Of a DNA stretch of 64,000 nucleotides, positions 15,600-31,882 are shown one piece after another. The stretch lies in NCBI RefSeq assembly GCF_009914755.1, contig NC_060939.1; one strand, given 5' to 3'. Source of the stretch: the human T2T-CHM13v2.0 reference genome, Homo sapiens. The notes under the pieces are model-generated. The model did no database searches. It saw only the letters and a list, made by a program, of their open reading frames with translations, and was not told the origin of the DNA. The translations under genes and the position numbers were made by a program. Positions within the stretch are counted from its first letter, which is position 1. Every line of letters starts with the position of its first letter.

Positions 15600-15950
15600 C
15601 CCAGGAGGTGGCCTGAAGCTTTAAGCTTACTTCTTGTGGTCTCAGCAGTTCCCGGTCATATATCCTCACACCACAAACCCAGGGAGGAGAAAGCGTCTGT
15701 GGCTCAGCATTCCCAGCTTAAGTCTCAAGTTCACTCTTCTTGGACCAGCTTAATTGCCCACCGCTTGAATCAACCATCCTGTTGGGGACGGGATATTTTG
15801 GAACGGATAAGCCAATCAGGGAATTGGAGGTGGGGCCGCTCCCACAGAAGCCACATAACTAAGAAAAAAGATGGAGGGATAGTTTTCAAAGGCAACTTGG
15901 CGTACTTGGTGTACTGGGACCAGAGAGGAGGGGCACCAGTGCTGGATAAA
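15600..15950 (-). mobile_element. Old MaLR LTR fragment (MLT1J-like)
   Basis: 'cttggaccagcttaattgcccacc...tgaatcaaccatc...agccaatcaggg...ggaggtgggg'. Confidence 0.45.
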
Positions 15951-15967
15951 AAGCAATAGGTATCTTG

Positions 15968-16080
15968 GAGCTGAGGCTAGGGCAGGTCAAGTGAGCACTT
16001 GCCTCAGGTGCAGAATTTAAGAGGGCACCAAAACCTCAACAACAAGATGAATAATATTTTGATGTGATACTTCAAAAACA
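15968..16080 (+). mobile_element. hAT MER96-like fragment
   Basis: 'ctagggcaggtcaagtgagcacttgcctcaggtgcagaatttaagagggcaccaaaacctca...aagatgaataatatttt'. Confidence 0.65.
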
Positions 16081-16904
16081 TTGAAGTGACAAACTACAGT
16101 CTGCAGGTCAGCTGCCTATTTTTATAACTCGTAAGTTTTTATAACTTTTGTTATAATGGCTGGGCTACCTCCTTTGGGAGATAGGTTCTGCCCTGTCACT
16201 GTCTACAAAATTGTTAATGTTCCCAAAGAAACTGTCTGGGCCCCCAAGCCCTCTTTTAAGCCAGGAATTGTGACATTTTCATATCTTATGACTCAGCTCT
16301 TCATTGGTCTCCTGATTCTGTGAAGTGTGGAGAAGGCAGAGGAAGCCCCATTTCACTAACAATTAAGATCTTCTACCATATTAATAACACAGCTGTTGAC
16401 TAACAAATGATTTAGAAGAAACAGGAATAGTGGTGGTCCTTGGACTCAGGCTAAGCCTCTGCCAATATTTCCAGCCTCACATTCATGCAGCTCCACTGCA
16501 AGCTGATGAAGCCCTGCCCAGCCAAATTCCTGGGGAGGACACATGAGATCTGCTGGGGATAGATGGATGAAGAGGCAGCCCCCAGCTGCCAGCCCAAGGC
16601 AGCCCTTGCCATCCTGTGAGGATGTGTTCTGGCTTCAGTTGCTGAGCCAGGCTTTACCCTCTGTGGCAGCTGCCAAAAAGTTTCAACCCACTCTCATGCT
16701 ATCAGGGGTTTGCGGTGCCTAGAAATAGCCCCAGGCATTGGTGAAAGGTGAAAGGCATCTTTCCAACTCACATATGTGACCATATAGCCAGTATTTCATT
16801 AACAGGAGCCAGAGGTAACTGAAAGACGTGACTAGTAACTCATAGGCTATCCAAACACATCATTTCAATTAACAGTTTCTATATCCTTCTACGAAGTACA
16901 TCCC

Positions 16905-17062
16905 TGGATTGCCAGTAAGAGCCACTTGTTGGTTCTGTGACCCTGGGTGAGTCACTTGGACATCTAACTATTCGGGTGTTCAGTCTCTCCATGTGTGAGG
17001 TGAGGGGGTGGGCTTCAGTGATCATCTCTGAGGTCCTTTCCAACTCTGGCAGGCTATAATTC
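16905..17062 (+). mobile_element. MIR3/MIRc SINE
   Basis: 'ctgtgaccctgggtgagtcactt...atctctgaggtcctttccaactctg'. Confidence 0.7.
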
Positions 17063-17291
17063 CACCAGCAGAGGTGTCATTTCCTCTTCTTCCCTTTAGC
17101 CCCAAGACAGCTGTAGAGGGCCCAGAGGGGCAGGGCAGGAAACACAACTTCATCCGTCTATACTGGCAAGTGAAACATAAATCCAAAATAAATTTGGGCT
17201 TATTTTTCAAGAACTCTGTCACCTAGTATTAGAATTTATTTTTTAATAATCTCAGAAATATATTGCATCTCCAAATAAAATTGTTTCTTCA

Positions 17292-17530
17292 TGTTTGCGA
17301 TAGTTTGGGTCCTCTGAGATGCAGACGCCAAAAGAGATTAGCACACAAGAGATTTTCAGAGGGAAACACCTGTGAGGGAGAAGGAGCAGGTGGCAGGGGA
17401 GCCAGAGGAGCTGAAGAGACCCTTCAGATCACAGGTGGCAGGTCGGCCACCTGTGACGGGAGAGGTGGAAGAAAGGAGGGCTGAGTAGGAAGAACCTCAG
17501 ACTAAAGCACAGCTCTAAGAACAGTTGCGT
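17292..17530 (-). mobile_element. ERVL LTR16-family fragment
   Basis: 'gggtcctctgagatgcagacgccaaaagagattag...ctcagactaaagcacagctctaagaa'. Confidence 0.7.
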
Positions 17531-17536
17531 TAGGCT

Positions 17537-17858
17537 GTGTGTTACTCTGCTAGGGCTGCCGTAACAGAGGTACATAGACTGGGTGACCTCAACAACGGAA
17601 ACGTATTTTCTTGCCGTTTCAGAGGCTACACGTTCCAGATCAAAGTGTTGTCAGGGCTGGTTTCTTCTGCCACCTCTCTCCTTGGCGTGTAGATGGCCAT
17701 ATTCTCCCTGGGTGTCTTCACGTGGTCTCCCTTTCGTCCATGTCTGTGTCACAGTCCCCTTTTCTGATTGGGACACCAGTCAATTGGATTAAGGCCCATC
17801 TCAAAGACCTTCTTTTAACTTCGTTATCTCTTTAATGACCCTAGCTGTGAATACAGTG
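17537..17858 (-). mobile_element. MLT1A0-like MaLR LTR (truncated by Tigger1)
   Basis: 'ctagggctgccgtaaca...catagactgggtgac...gacaccagtcaattggattaaggccca...aatacagt'. Confidence 0.85.
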
Positions 17859-19689
<1,831 letters not shown>

Positions 19690-20056
19690 CGAGTGAATAT
19701 CAGGAACTCCAGGCTGGGGGATAGAAATGATGTCTTCAAAAGCCTCATGCACAAAATGACAGCCACATAACATTATCACACCCTGGTTAAATCATTAACT
19801 AGGATCAGCTGGATGCAAGAAGGAGTTGTTGTGACTGTTGTCAGTCAGTAATAAATACAAAGTTTCAAGAGGATGGGTTCACAGATGCAGATTCCTCCTG
19901 CTTTTCCCTCATTTCCTCCTTGCCAGGAATTTAATCTACACTTCTTCAGGCTAAAAACAAGAGACATGACTCAGCTCAGACTGCAGTAGCATACTCTGCA
20001 AAGGCCAAACCTACATACTTACTAAACAGTCCAGTCTTCTAGTTCATACCTGCTGA

Positions 20057-20136
20057 CCTCCAGTTTTACCTGGTAGCTCTGCCTGGTAGTTTTGCCTGGT
20101 AGTTTTTACCTGGTAGTTTTGCCTGGTAGCTCTGCC
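20057..20136. repeat. 13-bp minisatellite (cctggtag[t/c]t[t/c]tg) ~6 copies
   Basis: Units start at 20069, 20082, 20095, 20109 and 20122, plus a partial upstream unit. Confidence 0.92.
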
Positions 20137-20254
20137 ATCTCTGCCTTGGCTGAGCACACAAACCTCGTGTACTACGGCAAGCACAATCCCCTTCTCCTTG
20201 TAGCAAAACGAAGAAAGGCTATAGGCTCTGTCCTCCCCACAAGTGTGACTGTGA

Positions 20255-20465
20255 AGGAAAGACCAGGCTTTCAATACCAATTTGCCTTTTACTAGGCATA
20301 CCACTTTGAGTAAATTATTCAATATCTCAATGTCTCAATTTCCCTATCCTTAATTTGTAAATAAGAGGAACTACCTTGCAAAGTTGTTATGAAAACACAG
20401 ATCACAATGCAAGAATGTCTCCTAGCATGGCGGTTTCATAGCTGGTAGTCTACAGATAATGAGCC
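20255..20465 (+). mobile_element. MIR SINE relic
   Basis: 'actttgagtaaattattcaatatctcaatgtctcaatttccc...ctaccttgcaaagttgttatgaaaa'. Confidence 0.65.
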
Positions 20466-21084
20466 CTCCACCCCATCCCCAATTGCCAGAATATTATTTT
20501 TCCCTACAGTCAGAACAAAAATTCTATTGTCAAAACCGTTGATAAAATCAACAAATTCCTGTTTCTATTGTCCTTGAATTTCCTCATTTCCACCCCATTT
20601 ATATGGCCAGAGCCTGTCACTGAGGCCAAAACCCACTCTCTGGGAAGGTTCCAATATCAGTCTTTCCCACTTCAGTGTGAATTTCTACATCTCTAGGCAT
20701 TTCTCCCGGAAGCATGACATGGTAACTGTCCAACTTCATTGAGGAAAGAAAGGCTTTACCTCTTGGTAAAGTAAACCACATCAATAGCAAGGATTCTTCT
20801 GGTGGCCCCAAATCACACCAAATAGCTATCCCCCTTTCACAAGGGCGGCTCCAGCTGAAACAGCATCTTCCCAGGGGACTGCAAACATTTTTAGTAGAAG
20901 ACATCTCTTCTTTCAAATTAAATTTTGTCCTGGATCCCAGTATTTACAAAACAAATACAAATTTTACTAATATAAATTCATTTTACTTGAAATTTATAAA
21001 GTTTGCCAATTATAACCCAAAATAGTATAAGTAAGAGATAAATAAAAGACTCTCTTAAAAATGAAACTTTACTATTTAAAAAGT

Positions 21085-21212
21085 ATAGGAGATGATGGAA
21101 TTGTTAACTAGCCTGGTTTAACCATTCTACATTGCAAACATATATCAAAACATCATATTATACCCCAGAAATATATACAGTTATAATTTATCAATTAGAA
21201 ATAAAAAAGAAA
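21085..21212 (+). mobile_element. L1MA 3' end fragment
   Basis: 'gatgatggaattgttaactagcctggtttaaccattctacattg...tatatcaaaacatcatatt' plus A-rich tail. Confidence 0.75.
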
Positions 21213-22004
21213 TGTTGACATTAGATGACAGTTAAATTTTTTATCATCTTTAGTAACATGTTGTTGATGTTGTTTTATTGTTTTGGCTACTCAGTATCAG
21301 GAAATCCTTACCACACAGATAAGTAATGCTTAATGGTTCCCAGATTTTTTAATAGGTCTCTGTCAACCTCATGGGACATATTGATAAAACTGTCATTTAA
21401 ACTTGAGAGATCATATTACACACACACATATATATATATATATACAAAGATTACATGTTTGTATATAAACACTTAGGTGTGTATGCATGTAAATATCTCA
21501 TAATAAATCACCCAGAAAAAACACAATAATTGCTTAAATGATCTACAATATGATACTTTCACATTGCGATATGTTTGGCATTTATTGGTTATTGCACAAG
21601 TGAGAACTGGTCTGTAATGAGAGTGTGTGCCAAGCAGATGCATCTGAGCTTGGCATGGCCTTTAATCTGGTGTGACCCACAGAAGCTATGCTAATGCACA
21701 TGCACAGCCCTGATTTTAAGACAAGACCAGTGGCAACCTTCCAGGTCAACACACATGTATAAAATATTTAAATATATGTACAAGAGATATCCAGATAATT
21801 TTTTTCCAAGACCACAGAATAAACTCACAATAAATGTGCTCATGTATTCTAACAGTTAAAATTAAAATATAATCTATTTGATTATTCTGACTGTCTTTTA
21901 TCATGATTTAAATATGCTTTACTTTTTCAATAAAATTTGACCCAAGAGTTTGCAGATCCCCTGAAGCAACTCTGCAGAACAATTTGAAAGCCCCTGATTC
22001 TAGT

Positions 22005-22130
22005 CCAAACAGATGGAGAAACCAGGTCTAGAGAATTACAGGGTCTTATTCCGGCTCACATAGCCCATTAGTGACAGAACCACAACAAGAACCTTAAACC
22101 TCAGCCTCCCAGGTCAGTGCTCTGACCAAT
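22005..22130 (-). mobile_element. MIR relic
   Basis: 'acagatggagaaaccaggtctagaga...tcacatagcccattagtgacagaacc'. Confidence 0.6.
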
Positions 22131-23413
22131 GCCCCAAAGTGCTGGGAGACTCCTGGGCCCCACAGTATGGGGCGTGACAGATATCAGTTGGTAGCCTAGC
22201 ATGAAATCCTTTTCCCACGTGGGAGAGAAAAGTCCCGAAGTGACCAGTGACATTTATGACTCAGCCTGTGCTGAAGAGCTTGGAAAAATAATGTTTGTTA
22301 GGTTTGGTTTGGTTTTTGAGAAAGAGAGAAGCCAAGGTACATCACACTTAAGTGTAGAGGTGCTGGGTGTGCACTGGGGAAGCCTCTCAATAAACATGGA
22401 GAGGGGAGCGATGCCTGCCATGGACTAGGGTGGAAAGGGGTGGGTTGGGGGGCTGGGTTTGAATCTGGGCCAAGAGAAGAAGGGTGAGTCCAGGAGGCCT
22501 GCAACAGCAGTCTCTCCATCTGCCAGACAATTGCAACAGCTATTCTAAGCACTGGCCTGAGGCCAGACTTTATTGATTTCAGCAATAAAATTACATGTTC
22601 CAGAGCTCATCTGTTTTGGACCATAAATGACAAAAAGAGCTATTATAGAGTGTCAGATTTGTCCCTCTGTTTGGTATGATGTCTCCTATATAATACTTGT
22701 TTGGCCTCTACAAATGATTCATTTAGGACAGCAGAATTTCTGAGTCACTGGCAGAATAATTGACTCACATTTCTCTCATCATTATTGTGTGTTCTTTCTT
22801 GCTGGAGCCAAATACTATTCATGTTTCCCTTCGTACATGTTAATATTAATGTCACCAGTGGGCTGTGCTTTCTTTTTGCCAAGCAAAGACATAGTAAACA
22901 TGATAATAAAACAAAAGGCATTTTCAATGTTGGTGAAGTCCTGTTTTGAAAGGGTACAACCACATTTTCTGATCATGGAACAAAAGAACAATTATCCAAC
23001 TTTGAATTATCAAATGACTCCTCCTCCCATCCTAATGCCTACTTAAATCCCTACTTAAAATGCCTTTCTAGCGTTGCCTCAGTGAAGCCAATTTCCCCTT
23101 CCTACCCATACGCACTTACCTTCTGTCTAGGGCTCAGGAAGCAATGCTACACCTTCCTCTTTGCACAGACTCCCTCCTTCCTGCAGACAAACGCTGTCAT
23201 TTTATCCCTGTGTAATGTGAGGGTCTTTTTCAGGGAGAAGAGAACAGAAACCCTTCAAACTAGCTCAACAAATCACAGGGACTGTGTTGAAAGGAAACAG
23301 GTGTATCTCAGAGCAATCAAGGAAAGGCAGAAAGCGGGGCTGAGCCCATGAGGAGATGGGGCATACCTGTGGGAGCAGAGCAGGTGGTCACACCCCTTGG
23401 GCTCCTTCTCTAA

Positions 23414-23800
<387 letters not shown>

Positions 23801-25014
23801 TAAAGTCAGAGGAAGAAGTGCGATAAGGGGTGGATGCGTCTAGCCATAATTGATACACCAAAGGTCAACCCTGTGACTTATAGAGAAGGTGGTCCAACAG
23901 CACCACACACAATGTACATATACCCATCAGCTAGTAATTCAGGTCTCACCCTTGACCCAGCCCAAGTTCATCCTCAGACAATTAGGGTGAGGCTCACTGA
24001 TTTGTGGGGGCTCCCCAGAGTTAGACCATGGCTATGCTCTTGGCTCCAGGAACCCCCAAACTCCCTGAAATCCAATCAGCTTCTCTCTTTTCTTTTCTAA
24101 ATATCTTTTCAAGTCCTGATCATTTGGGGTGGGGGCAATTTTATGTCCTCATGTGCAAGTAATCTCTGCTCTACATTGCCCCCCAAATGGAAGACCTGAA
24201 GCTTGTGTACGATGAGAAGGAAGCTTTCCATCATTAACGCAGTGCATACCTGTGCTGTGATGATGTGTTCCCTCATGCTGGCAAGGTGACAACCCCCAAG
24301 TGTACTTCCGATTTAAAGTTTTGTTTCTTCATCATTTAAAAGGAGTGTTTATTTATTTTGAAAAGGGGTGTGTATTTTTGCAGCACCTTCCTAAAATTAT
24401 AAACCCTAGACGTTTGTGAATGGAGGAGGGTAGAGCAGATAACTGCCTGTCTACTGAGCAAAGGATATGGGAATAGACTGAGAAGAAAGGGAAGAGGGGA
24501 AAGACAGGGAAACTGGCCTGCATAGTTGCTATCATGAGGAAGTGAGTCTGAAGATGCATTGGCATGGGAATAGGAAAGACAGAAAAATCCCATTGAAACT
24601 AACTCCCCTGGAGCTACAGGTGGTTTTTCTTGACAGACAGAAGAGTTACTAGCTACAACCACCATGTTGCTGGAGACTGCATTCCATCCTTGGACAAGGG
24701 GATATTCAACCCTGGAAGGAGATGGCCCTGGAAGGAGATGGCCCTGGAAGGACAACGCTAGTGGCATTGACTTGCCTGCCATGGAGCTACTGACTCCAGT
24801 CTCTCCCAGTTTGTCAGGTTTTTCTACAGGAGTGTTTGCCTTGACCCTGCTTAGAAACAGGGCATGGCTCCAGCTTCTGCCAGCCTATCACAGTTGAAAA
24901 AATAAGAGAAAAAGAAGAAAGGAAAACATGAAAGCAAAGGAAGGGAAAATAGCCCGTTCTAACTTCCTTTGCCTTTGGGGCACCCGAGAGCCACTCCTGC
25001 CTACCACATGAGAG

Positions 25015-25145
25015 TTTGTATTATTGTCCCCTTTAGACTGGAGAGGACACAGAGACTCCAGGAGTTAAATGCCCGAGGACACGTGGTTGATGAGTGTCAG
25101 AGCCAGGATTTAAACCTGAGTCACTCTGACTTCTAGGCTTGTGTG
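25015..25145 (-). mobile_element. MIR relic
   Basis: 'attattgtccccttta...cagagccaggatttaaacctgag...tctgacttc'. Confidence 0.7.
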
Positions 25146-26236
25146 CACAGGCACTGCTTGTACTCCCTGGGATGATCTCATTTCACTTGTCTGACTGTCG
25201 AGGAGTAATTAAAGTTCAACCCCTTTCCGTTACCGTCACTCACACACATTAACACAAACCAAGGCCCTGCTGTCCCTTGGTCAGCAGCACTGTCTCCCTG
25301 CAGAAGTCTGTCCACCTACTGGCCCTTTAGTCTAACCCCCCACCCCATCCATGTGTCCTACCCATTCAGCCCATAAAGGTGGCCCAGGCCGTTCCTATAT
25401 CCTGTCGGCTCCCACTCCTCTTGCTCTGGTCCCATCTTTACTAGACTCCCAACTCTTGGCTCTACAGCCTACCCCACAGCCTCTCACCAGCAAACCCCTC
25501 CAAATTTGGTATTTTTTCTGATGTCCTGGAGTTCAGAGCCAGTGTCTTCTCCAGACTTCAGCTTGGTCCGTGTCTCTGGTCTTTGACTCTCTGCTGCCAT
25601 GGAACCTGATCATGGTTGCCTGGCCAGCTCCCTGCCCTGGAAGGAGCAATGCTGCTTAGCTAGAGACTCTTGGCATCTCAAGCAAGTCCTCACTGCCCTG
25701 ACACCCACTGTTCTCTCTCAGGTTCAGGGATCAATGGGTCCAAGAACAGATAGACAAGCAGTAACAAAGGCCAGGGGAGCCAGGGAGGCCCACTGTTCCT
25801 ACAGATGGCCAAAGAAGACAGCTGTAGGGACGAGACATGCACAGTGAGCAAAGCCATCAGCCCCTCCAGAAATCCATGGGAACTAAAGGCAACCCCATGT
25901 CAGGCTGGAGGAGAGCCCGCAGCGAGGGGACAGCAAGGAAGCCACATGATCTGCTCTCCTCCCCATGGAAGAAGCCCCCTCCACCTGCCCTCAGGGCAGG
26001 ACAGAACCCTGCGTCTCCACAACCTGGCACTGGAGAGGCCCTTAGAAACCACCAAGCACAACACTTACCCTGTCTATGAAATCATTTTGCCTAATCCTCT
26101 GTAAGGGGTGATCCAGCCTTGTTCATCTGATAGTTCCAGTGCCAGGGAGCTTACTGCATACCTCCTTTCATTTTCAGATAGCTCTGACCATCAGAAAGTT
26201 CTTCTTTTCTTATGCAGTTCTCACTTACTTCTAGTT

Positions 26237-26546
26237 ATTTTTTAAATTATTTTTATTTTTTGAGGCAGGGTCTCGCTCTGTCACCAAGGCTGGAGTGCAG
26301 CAGCTCAATCATGGCCCATAGCAGCCTCGACCTCCGCGGGCTCAGGTGATCCTTCCGCCTCAGCCTCCCTAGTAGCTGAGACTACAGGTGCATGCCACCA
26401 CATTTGGCTAATTTTTGTCTTTTTTTTTATAGAGGCAGGGTCTCCCTATGTTGCCCAGGCTGGTCTTTAACTCCCGGGTTCAAATGATTCGCACACCTCA
26501 GTCTCCCAAAGTGCTGGGATTACAGGCGTGAGTCATAGCAGCCAGC
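26237..26546 (-). mobile_element. AluJ
   Basis: 'atcatggcccatagcagcctcgacctcc...gggctcaggtgatcc'; dimer with T-rich head. Confidence 0.92.
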
Positions 26547-27469
26547 GGTCTCACCTCTGGTTCTTACCGACTTCCTCAGATTTATGAAAATGTCTCTCAC
26601 TTTCCCACAGGTTTTCTCATTTTAAGGCTAAACATTCCCAGGACCTTCCATAATTCCTCATAGGGTGTTTTTGGTGCTCCAGGCCATCCTAGTGTCTGTG
26701 TCTATGATACACTCCAGTGCATCAAAGTCCCTTTGGGACCCTTGCAGCACCTAAACCTCCTCCAGCGCCCTACATGCTATCTGCTCTGTAAAAAGCAGGG
26801 TGGAATGTTTCACCATCCAGGCACCATACTCCTACTTTTTAAACTATCCTTAATTGCTTTCTGGCTATGGGATACTAAATCTTCCAACAACGATCTGAGG
26901 TTTAAATTTAGTTTTCTCGTAGCCCAGAACATACTGTTGGCTCTCACAGAGCTACTTGTCAATTAAACTCCTAGGTCGCTTGTGTGTGGACTGCTGTTGG
27001 GCCTCATGTCTCTCTCTCTCTATTGGACAGTTCATGTTTAAAGCCTAAATGCAAAACTTTATATATCCATGACACTCTACCTTGCTAAAATCAGTTCACT
27101 ATTCACCTTGCTGAAATCATTTTATGTCCTAATGCTGACATCAAACTCACTATCATACATTTCTTAATAAATCTCTGCAGCCAAGTCATTGACATAAATA
27201 TTGAACATGACCATTCAAGATTAAAAATCTACAGTATGCAACCGTATGCATCTAGAAATCGTCTTCCAATCATTAATTGATAATGTTTTAGGTTCCACCT
27301 TTTAAAAGGTTACAGATTAACTCTCTAGTAATTCAATCAGCATTTCTCCAACTTGCTCCATACTATCACGAAAGAGTCTAATACCTTCTTGCAATCCAGA
27401 TACACTATGTTCATTGTACACTTCTGCTTCTGATCTGACCTGCAAATAGTCCTATTTAAAAGAGAAATA

Positions 27470-27741
27470 GTCCGGGCGCGGTGGCTCACACCTGTAATCC
27501 CAGCACTTTGGGAGGCCGAGGCGGGCAGATCACCTGAGGTCAGGAGTTCGAGACCAGCCTGACCAACATGGAGAAACCCCGTCTCTACTAAAAATACAAA
27601 ACTAGCCAGGCATGGTGGCCCATGCCTGTAATCCCAGCTACTCAGGAGGCTGAGGCAGGAGAATCGCTTGAGCCTGGAGGCGGAGGTTGCGGTGAGCCGA
27701 GATCGCGCCATTGCACTCCAGCCTGGCCAACAGGAAAAAAA
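27470..27741 (+). mobile_element. AluSp lacking the last ~17 nt before the A-tail
   Basis: 'gaccaacatggagaaacccc' and 'ttgcggtgagccgagatcgcgccattg'; ends ...caacagg(A)7. Confidence 0.93.
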
Positions 27742-28262
27742 GAGAGAGAGAAGTAAAGGGCATGATTTACAGTGAACTGTTCTTGGCTTCTGGTGAATTT
27801 CTACTCACTAGACTGAGAGTTCACAAAACTTTCATTTAACAATTAGTTGTAGAGTTTCTAGACTCCAGCTTCTTTCCTTTTTTGACAATTGGGGCAGTGT
27901 TTTCCTCTCTCCAATCTTTTAGATTTTTCCTGTTTTCCATAATTCTTCAGATGACTGACAGGCATGCCAATCTCATTTACATGCAATTTGCCTGAACCAG
28001 GATATGAAGCTGTTCAAAACAATCAGGTGGTGGTGGTGTTTTGCCATTCCTTTCTGCTATCTTGAGGTTCAATTTCCTGGTCTCCACGTTTTTTTCTTTC
28101 TGTAAATCATTAACATTGATAGGTGAGTGAAGTTAAAAAACAGTTGTGCTTTCTCTTTGTCTCCCATAAACATTAATTACACCACCTACCCTAAATAATA
28201 GGCTTGCACCTTTGCAGTTCCTCCTGCTCTGAACCAAATAAAAACAGTTCTTACTACAGTTC

Positions 28263-28577
<315 letters not shown>

Positions 28578-28674
28578 TTACTACAGTTCTTACAATTGTC
28601 TTTAATTCTAAGTTCATCCTGGGCTTTAGCCATCCTGACTTCATCTTTACCTGCTCATTCATCCCTTCGGCAAA

Positions 28675-28973
<299 letters not shown>

Positions 28974-29087
28974 CTGGGAAAACTTTTATTAGAGAATCTG
29001 TAATGACTGCACTGGAGATACGGAGCTGGATTAATTATAGCCCTATTCTCAAAGAGCAAACACCTCATGGGTAGGGAAATAGATTCT

Positions 29088-29379
<292 letters not shown>

Positions 29380-29568
29380 TAGGGAAATAGATTCTTACAT
29401 TCAACCTCCTCATAATTCAATCAGCATTTCTCCATCTTGTCACCGATTAAGATAATGCAATTGCTTCCTAGTCATGTATTCTCTTTTTGCTAAATGCTGG
29501 TGTTTGTGTATTTGCTTCCACACACCTTCTCAGCAAGCAGAGCATCACATGTCACTTCTTTGAATATA

Positions 29569-29958
29569 CAATCATGGATTGAATGACAATGTTTCGGTCA
29601 ACAATGGACCGCATATGCAGCAGTGGTCTCATAAGAGTGGAATATGTAATTTCACTGTACCTTTTCTATGTTTAGATATGCTTAGATACATAGATACTTA
29701 CTACTGTGTTACAATTGCCTGCAATATTCAGTACGGTAACATGTTGTACAGGTTTGTAGCCTAGGAGCAATAGGCTATACCCTACAGCCTGGGTGTGTAG
29801 TAGGCTATACCATCTAGGCTTATGTAAATACACTGTATGTGTGCATATACATAGCTCCTAGGCAATAGGCTATACTATTAATATGTAGCCTCGGTGTATA
29901 GTAGGCTATACTACACACCTAGACTGATGAAATCGTCCAAAGAAGCAACACATGACTT
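29569..29958 (+). mobile_element. Tigger3a (MER7A)-like MITE with internal rearrangement
   Basis: TA flanks; 'caatcatg...atgtttcggtcaacaatggaccgcatat' start, 'gcaacacatgact' end. Confidence 0.9.
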
Positions 29959-31044
29959 TAATTAGAAAACAAACAAAAAAAAAGGTATCTGGGGGAAAAA
30001 AGGATGGTAGCTGGTAGCCTGTATGTCAGGACACAAGTAAAGGTATTTACAGTGCATGCTGCAGAAGAGAAAGAACAAGGAACAGAAAACCTTGGCATTA
30101 TAACTGCATTTCCCTATTGGTCATAAGGCAAAGAATTAAGGCATGCATTTAAGTGGGTTTTTGGGACAAGATGCAAGTGGCAGACAAGAGTCACCAGCTT
30201 CAAGTCAAAATTGACAAGCAAGCAGAATATCTCTTGGCATACATCTAACCAGCCATAAAATAAATGCCTATACAAGCCTATCATTTAAATTGCAGGGGAG
30301 GCAGACCCTGAAACATTTCTAAGGGATTACACTGACTTAATACTCACAAAAAGTTTAAAAGTAAAAATAAGGGTATTTTGTAAATCTGTGACCTCAGAGT
30401 CTCCAATTCTGTGTTTCTCATAAGGCTTTAAGTTATTTAACTGCAAAATTCTCCCGTCCCAGGGGTTTCAGGGCTTAAGAAGGAGTCAGTGATGTGTTAA
30501 AGCAGAGGAGCCATGGAGCAGGGCTCGCTGCGCGCAGAAGCTTCTGGGGCAGCAGCTTTTGAAATAGACTTTTGAGGATGAGTGGGCAATGACAGGTTAG
30601 AGGACAGGGGCATCTGGGCAGAGGGCCAGGAGCTGACCAAGGGAAGGAGCAGTGGGAGGGGAGGCCAGCAGTGGTCAAGCCAGTCTCCAAAGGGCCTCAT
30701 CCATTACATCAGGGAGCCTGGGATTCTCCTGAAAGGAAAGGGGAACTACTACAGTTTGTGAGCAGGGTGGTGTGTCATAAGCCAGCTTGTGATTTTCGGA
30801 CAAGGCAGGAGACAGGTCGCAACAAGGTCTCCCTAGAGAGCAGCTCTGGGAGCTTCCATACTGTGCTTTGGTTTTATGTGCCTCTTTTGTATATTATCCT
30901 TAAGACAAGCAGTCTATTAGCTAAGTGATGAAACAGGGATTAATTCCGTTCTTCCCTTAAGAAGCTGTGAAACATTTTTTCCGGCCGCTATTTTTCTGTT
31001 AAATCAGGACATAATACCTCCCCTAGCTGCCTGATAGCCAAGAA

Positions 31045-31240
31045 GAGCTACTATATTTGGACATCTTACTGTGAACCAGACAGTGTGCATATGCAGCCTC
31101 TCATTTAATCCTCATAATGTCTTTACCCGGAATGAACTATTAATATTCTCACTATACACATGAAAAAACAGAGGGTTAGGAAGGGGATGTGATTCTCCTT
31201 AGATCTTATAAGTGACGTAGCCAGGAGATTCCTTTGCTGA
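31045..31240 (-). mobile_element. MIR relic
   Basis: 'tctcatttaatcctcataa...atgaaaaaacagagggttag'. Confidence 0.65.
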
Positions 31241-31882
31241 ATTTCCCAGTAATTCCAAAGGTAAACCGTGTGAGGCTCCCATTGGATTCTAGCTATTACT
31301 GCAGTCATAGGAAGTAGTGGGAAAACCCTTTCATCCTGCTCAACTAAAGTTTCACTTTCCACACAATGTGCTTCCCTTCCCTCTCCTATCAAGCTGGTGC
31401 TGCCGACATGTGTTTAGAATATGGGGTTACTGCTTTTAATTGCAGTCCCACTCATGCCTTTTCAAAAGACAGAGGTTAGGGCAGCTCAATTCAGGTCTCA
31501 GCTTCAGCAATACCGTAACCCGACTTGCCTTCTTTTCACTTACTCATCATGCCATGATTCAGAAGCCTGTTGTTCTCAGGGTAACTCACATTCATGCTGT
31601 TGCATACAGGCATTGGTCCTGACTTCCTGTTATTGCATCACTCTTATTTTTAACTGCACTGGGATTAGATGACAGAGCCTAAAGTAAAAGTAGAACCAGA
31701 AATTCCCAGAAACTCTGGGGCAGAATTGGTCACACGGTTTTGATTTTATGGTGTTTTCCCTTGATGGAAGATAAGATTAACATAAATAATATAATTAAGG
31801 TGGCTGGAGTGTGATGAAAATAATCTAAGAGCCGAAGTCAGAAGAAGAATTCCCCGTTTCCTTTTTTCTGCTGAATTTAGAG

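Noticed and set aside
20057-20136. CRISPR-like repeat array
   Set aside because: Contiguous 13-bp units with no unique spacers, in primate DNA
30500-30720. Possible CpG island or promoter (gctcgctgcgcgcag)
   Set aside because: Only a handful of CpGs; far too short and sparse
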